Below, piece by piece: positions 61,201 to 64,000 of a stretch of 64,000 nt of DNA. The notes below the pieces were generated by a model. That model was not told where the DNA came from and did no database searches. It worked only from the letters and a program-made list of their open reading frames with translations. How positions within the stretch are numbered: the first letter of the stretch is position 1; every line of letters begins with the position of its first letter. The DNA is taken from assembly GCA_051362555.1 (NCBI GenBank), contig CM120641.1, positions 47,250,401-47,314,400 of the forward strand. Direction: 5' to 3'. Source of the DNA: Lingula anatina (taxonomy: Eukaryota > Animalia > Brachiopoda). Position numbers and translations under genes: made by a program.

Positions 61201-64000
61201 GAGGAAACTGCAAAATTGAAAAATGCTGTACTTTAACCTCTATTTCTGCCAAGTCTAGTTCACATATTGCTCATATGATGCATACTTTTTTCAGGACATG
61301 TTTGAGAAGGTGAACAAAGCTTACGAGTTCCTGTGCAGTAAGACTAAAATCACGGAGGGCCCCGACCCAGACAACATTGTCCTCATCCTCAGAGCACAGA
61401 GTATTTTATTCAGCAGACACAAGGATGGTAAGTGTATGGTTGATGAAAAAGTTCAAAAAAAATTTTTAATGATCACTTGTAGATTGTGAATTTTCATTCC
61501 AGTGGGGTTTCATCTTAAGTCAAAAAGTCTAGTCATGTGAAAGAGTCATGTTTTTCATTTTTTAAATGATTTCATATCAAGGGGTTTTAAAAAGTTGTTA
61601 TACCACTAGATTTCTCTTAATGTGAAAGGTTTGTATGTTTTTTTACTTTTAACTTATCATATTATATGGAAAAGTACTTATGCAGTTATTTCTCTCTCCC
61701 AGTCTTGGAGCCGTACAAGTATGCAGGATATCCCATGCTGATAAAGACAATCAAAATGGAGACCCAGGACGACACCCTGTTCTCCAAGTCTGTGCCCCTC
61801 CTTGAGGCCTCCAGTGAACTGGCCTTCCACACTGTAAACTGTTCTGCCCTCAATGCAGAGGAACTCAGGAGGGAGAGTGGAATTGAGGTAGATATACGGC
61901 AACTAGCTGCCTCAGCTAAGGAGATTTAGTGTTAAGAATTGAAAGCTTTGAAGTTTATGTTCCATTCAGTAAAAAATGGTGTTAAGTATGTTTTTAAAAA
62001 ATAAAAGTAATGGTCATATTCATGAATCTAACTGGGGAAATCCTTCTGTTAGATAATATCCACTGTAATTTCTGAGGTAAGAAGATAGTGAAGATAGTAG
62101 GGGAATAGAAAATTGAAGCAAGCGCTCTTTGATGTGAAAATAAGGTAGTTAAACTTAGTACTAGCATGTCCTATGAGAAGAAAAATACAAAGATTTCTAA
62201 ACTGCCGTTCTCATGCTTTATTTCATGCTTTATTTAATAAGTTAAACATTTATAGGCTCATTAGGATGAGAGTAAAGTGTTACTATGAATTCAAAAACAT
62301 TCAAATTATAGATTGAAATGAAAGCTAATTTTTCATGATGTTATAATTTTTTTCAAGACATTACAAGAGGCATTCTCGCGTTGTGTTGGTGTGCTGAGTT
62401 CTTCCACCAAACCTGAGGAGCTGGCAGTGAAGGTATCAGGCTTATATTAACACAGTATTTGAAAACAGGTTTAAAATAGGTGTATGGAGGTGTTAAATGG
62501 AAATAATAAAAAATTTGCTAAAAATAATTTTTAAAAATCAGTATCTTTCTAAAGTGAATTGTTTGCTTTAATAAGTGCTGTTTATTGTGAAGTACATTAT
62601 ATTCAACAAAACATGGGTGAAAGTTTTCGGGATTATGTCCGATTTCAGGATTTCCAGTCTTAATTTTGATCCTTTTTTCATATGGTTTAAAGGCGATGAA
62701 AAATTGCAAGCTACGTTTGCAGGATTTTCAGTTTTTACAACTTTCACCATAACAATAGATGATGGGGTAAAGGTTTCAACAAACAGATTAAAATCATCTA
62801 GATAAAATGAATTGAAAGTAAATTCTAACCCTAATTATTGTCACAAGACATGATGCTGTCTACCACCTAGTATTTTAAGAGAAATATTCTGTGTTTCAGG
62901 TGTGCATTCACATAGCCAGATGTTATGCAGTTGCCTCCCAGTTTGAAGGCTGCAGAGAGAAGATCCAGGAAAATCCAACTATTGTAAAAGATCTCTGCAG
63001 AATCCTCTACTTCAAGGTGATCTATACACTATCAGTTCATTAAGAATTAATGTAGAAATATAGACATCTCTGTAGTGCAGATAATTTTTTTCATCCTGCT
63101 ATTAACAAAAATTGAAATATTATAATTGTTGTTACAAAGCCGTAAATTCTTTACAGAATCTGCCATATCTGAACACAGTGGTTGTGAACTGTGTCAGTGC
63201 TTTCTGTGTGGACTTTTACCTCCAAAACCACCTGTTCAAGTCTGGATGTATGTGGCACTTGTTACTGTTCCTGTTCAATTATGACTACACTCTGGAGGAG
63301 GGCGGAGTTGAAAGGAGTGGAGAATCCAATCAACAGGTAAATATACCATCTTAGAGCTGGTTATATTTATAAACATAAAAATAAAAATGCCAATTGGTTT
63401 TTAAAATGTTGAAAAGTGATGTCACATGTATTGATAAATCATGAAGATTGAAATAGAAATTTTACAATTTTGATAATTTTTTGCTCTTTGAAAATAGTTA
63501 TGTGTATTTATGCCGTTTTGTCTCATTTAAACAATTAAGGTAACATCAAGTTGTAATAATTTACGATGATTATTTACCTATTGATAGCTGTTCAGAAACA
63601 AAACTTTTTTATTTTTATTTTTTTGTGAGTGCTGTGGAATCCCACTAAATAATCAGAACCTTTTGAAATAGTTTCAATTGATTTATTCATGCATGTTTTG
63701 TAATAAAAGTGCACAATGCTGTTTAAAGGTAACAAGAGAAAATAAGAGAAAGATTTTATGGCTAGAACTGACATGATGAATACATTTCTTACACAGAAAA
63801 CAGCTTTTTGCCCATTGGGCCTCCAGCATCACATTTACTGCTCATGATCATGTTCACAATAATCAGTTCACTCTCTATAGGAAGTGGCAAACAGCTTGGC
63901 TAAGATCAGCATTCGTGCTCTGTCTCGTCTTGGAGGCTACACCCTGGGCGACGAGAGTACACCAGAGAACCCCGTGGTCAAGAAATCCCTGGCTGCGCTA
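47972..64000 (+). CDS. DNAJC13: DnaJ homolog subfamily C member 13 (RME-8), 5' part; continues beyond the window
   Basis: About 36 GT-AG exons starting [28 protein letters not shown]|YKRVFSVG. Includes [10 protein letters not shown] (IWN-type repeat), GYF-like [14 protein letters not shown], and the J-domain [22 protein letters not shown] (~60950-61014), colinear with recalled human DNAJC13. Confidence 0.97.
57229..57738 (+). repeat. 97-bp tandem array (5 full copies plus 1 partial) made of a DNAJC13 exon 3' end, 5' splice site and intron start
   Basis: Unit starts at 57229, 57326, 57423, 57519, 57616 and 57713. Each full unit has ACAG|GTAGGT. Confidence 0.95.

Noticed and set aside
47972-64000. 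Minor-spliceosome (U12) or GC-AG introns
   Set aside because: All donors examined were standard GT; none matched RTATCCTT.

Overview
AT-rich, intron-dense animal DNA (marine invertebrate-like; the organism cannot be fixed from sequence alone), so most ORF-track entries are single exons or noise. Splicing exons by hand gives seven protein-coding genes. (1,2) A tandem pair of 8-coding-exon genes (+, 897-5610 and 8752-13101) encoding type II membrane-anchored proteins whose ectodomain looks like a bacterial ABC-transporter amino-acid-binding protein (HisJ/ArgT/ArtJ, SBP_bac_3). (3) DYDC-like (-). (4) SPMIP2/C4orf45-like (+), head-to-head with DYDC. (5) Annexin A7/A11-like (-), with a candidate internal promoter and first exon for a short isoform. 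(6) LRRD1 (-). (7) DNAJC13/RME-8 (+, runs off the window), head-to-head with LRRD1. Also present: a Tc1/mariner relic, hAT-like and PIF/Harbinger-like MITEs, several minisatellites (one a 97-bp array multiplying a DNAJC13 splice donor), and RFX and NRF1 motifs. The most unusual element is the intron-containing, stand-alone, bacterial-type solute-binding protein pair, which has diverged at predicted pocket residues. Family assignments rest on recalled sequences, not database searches.
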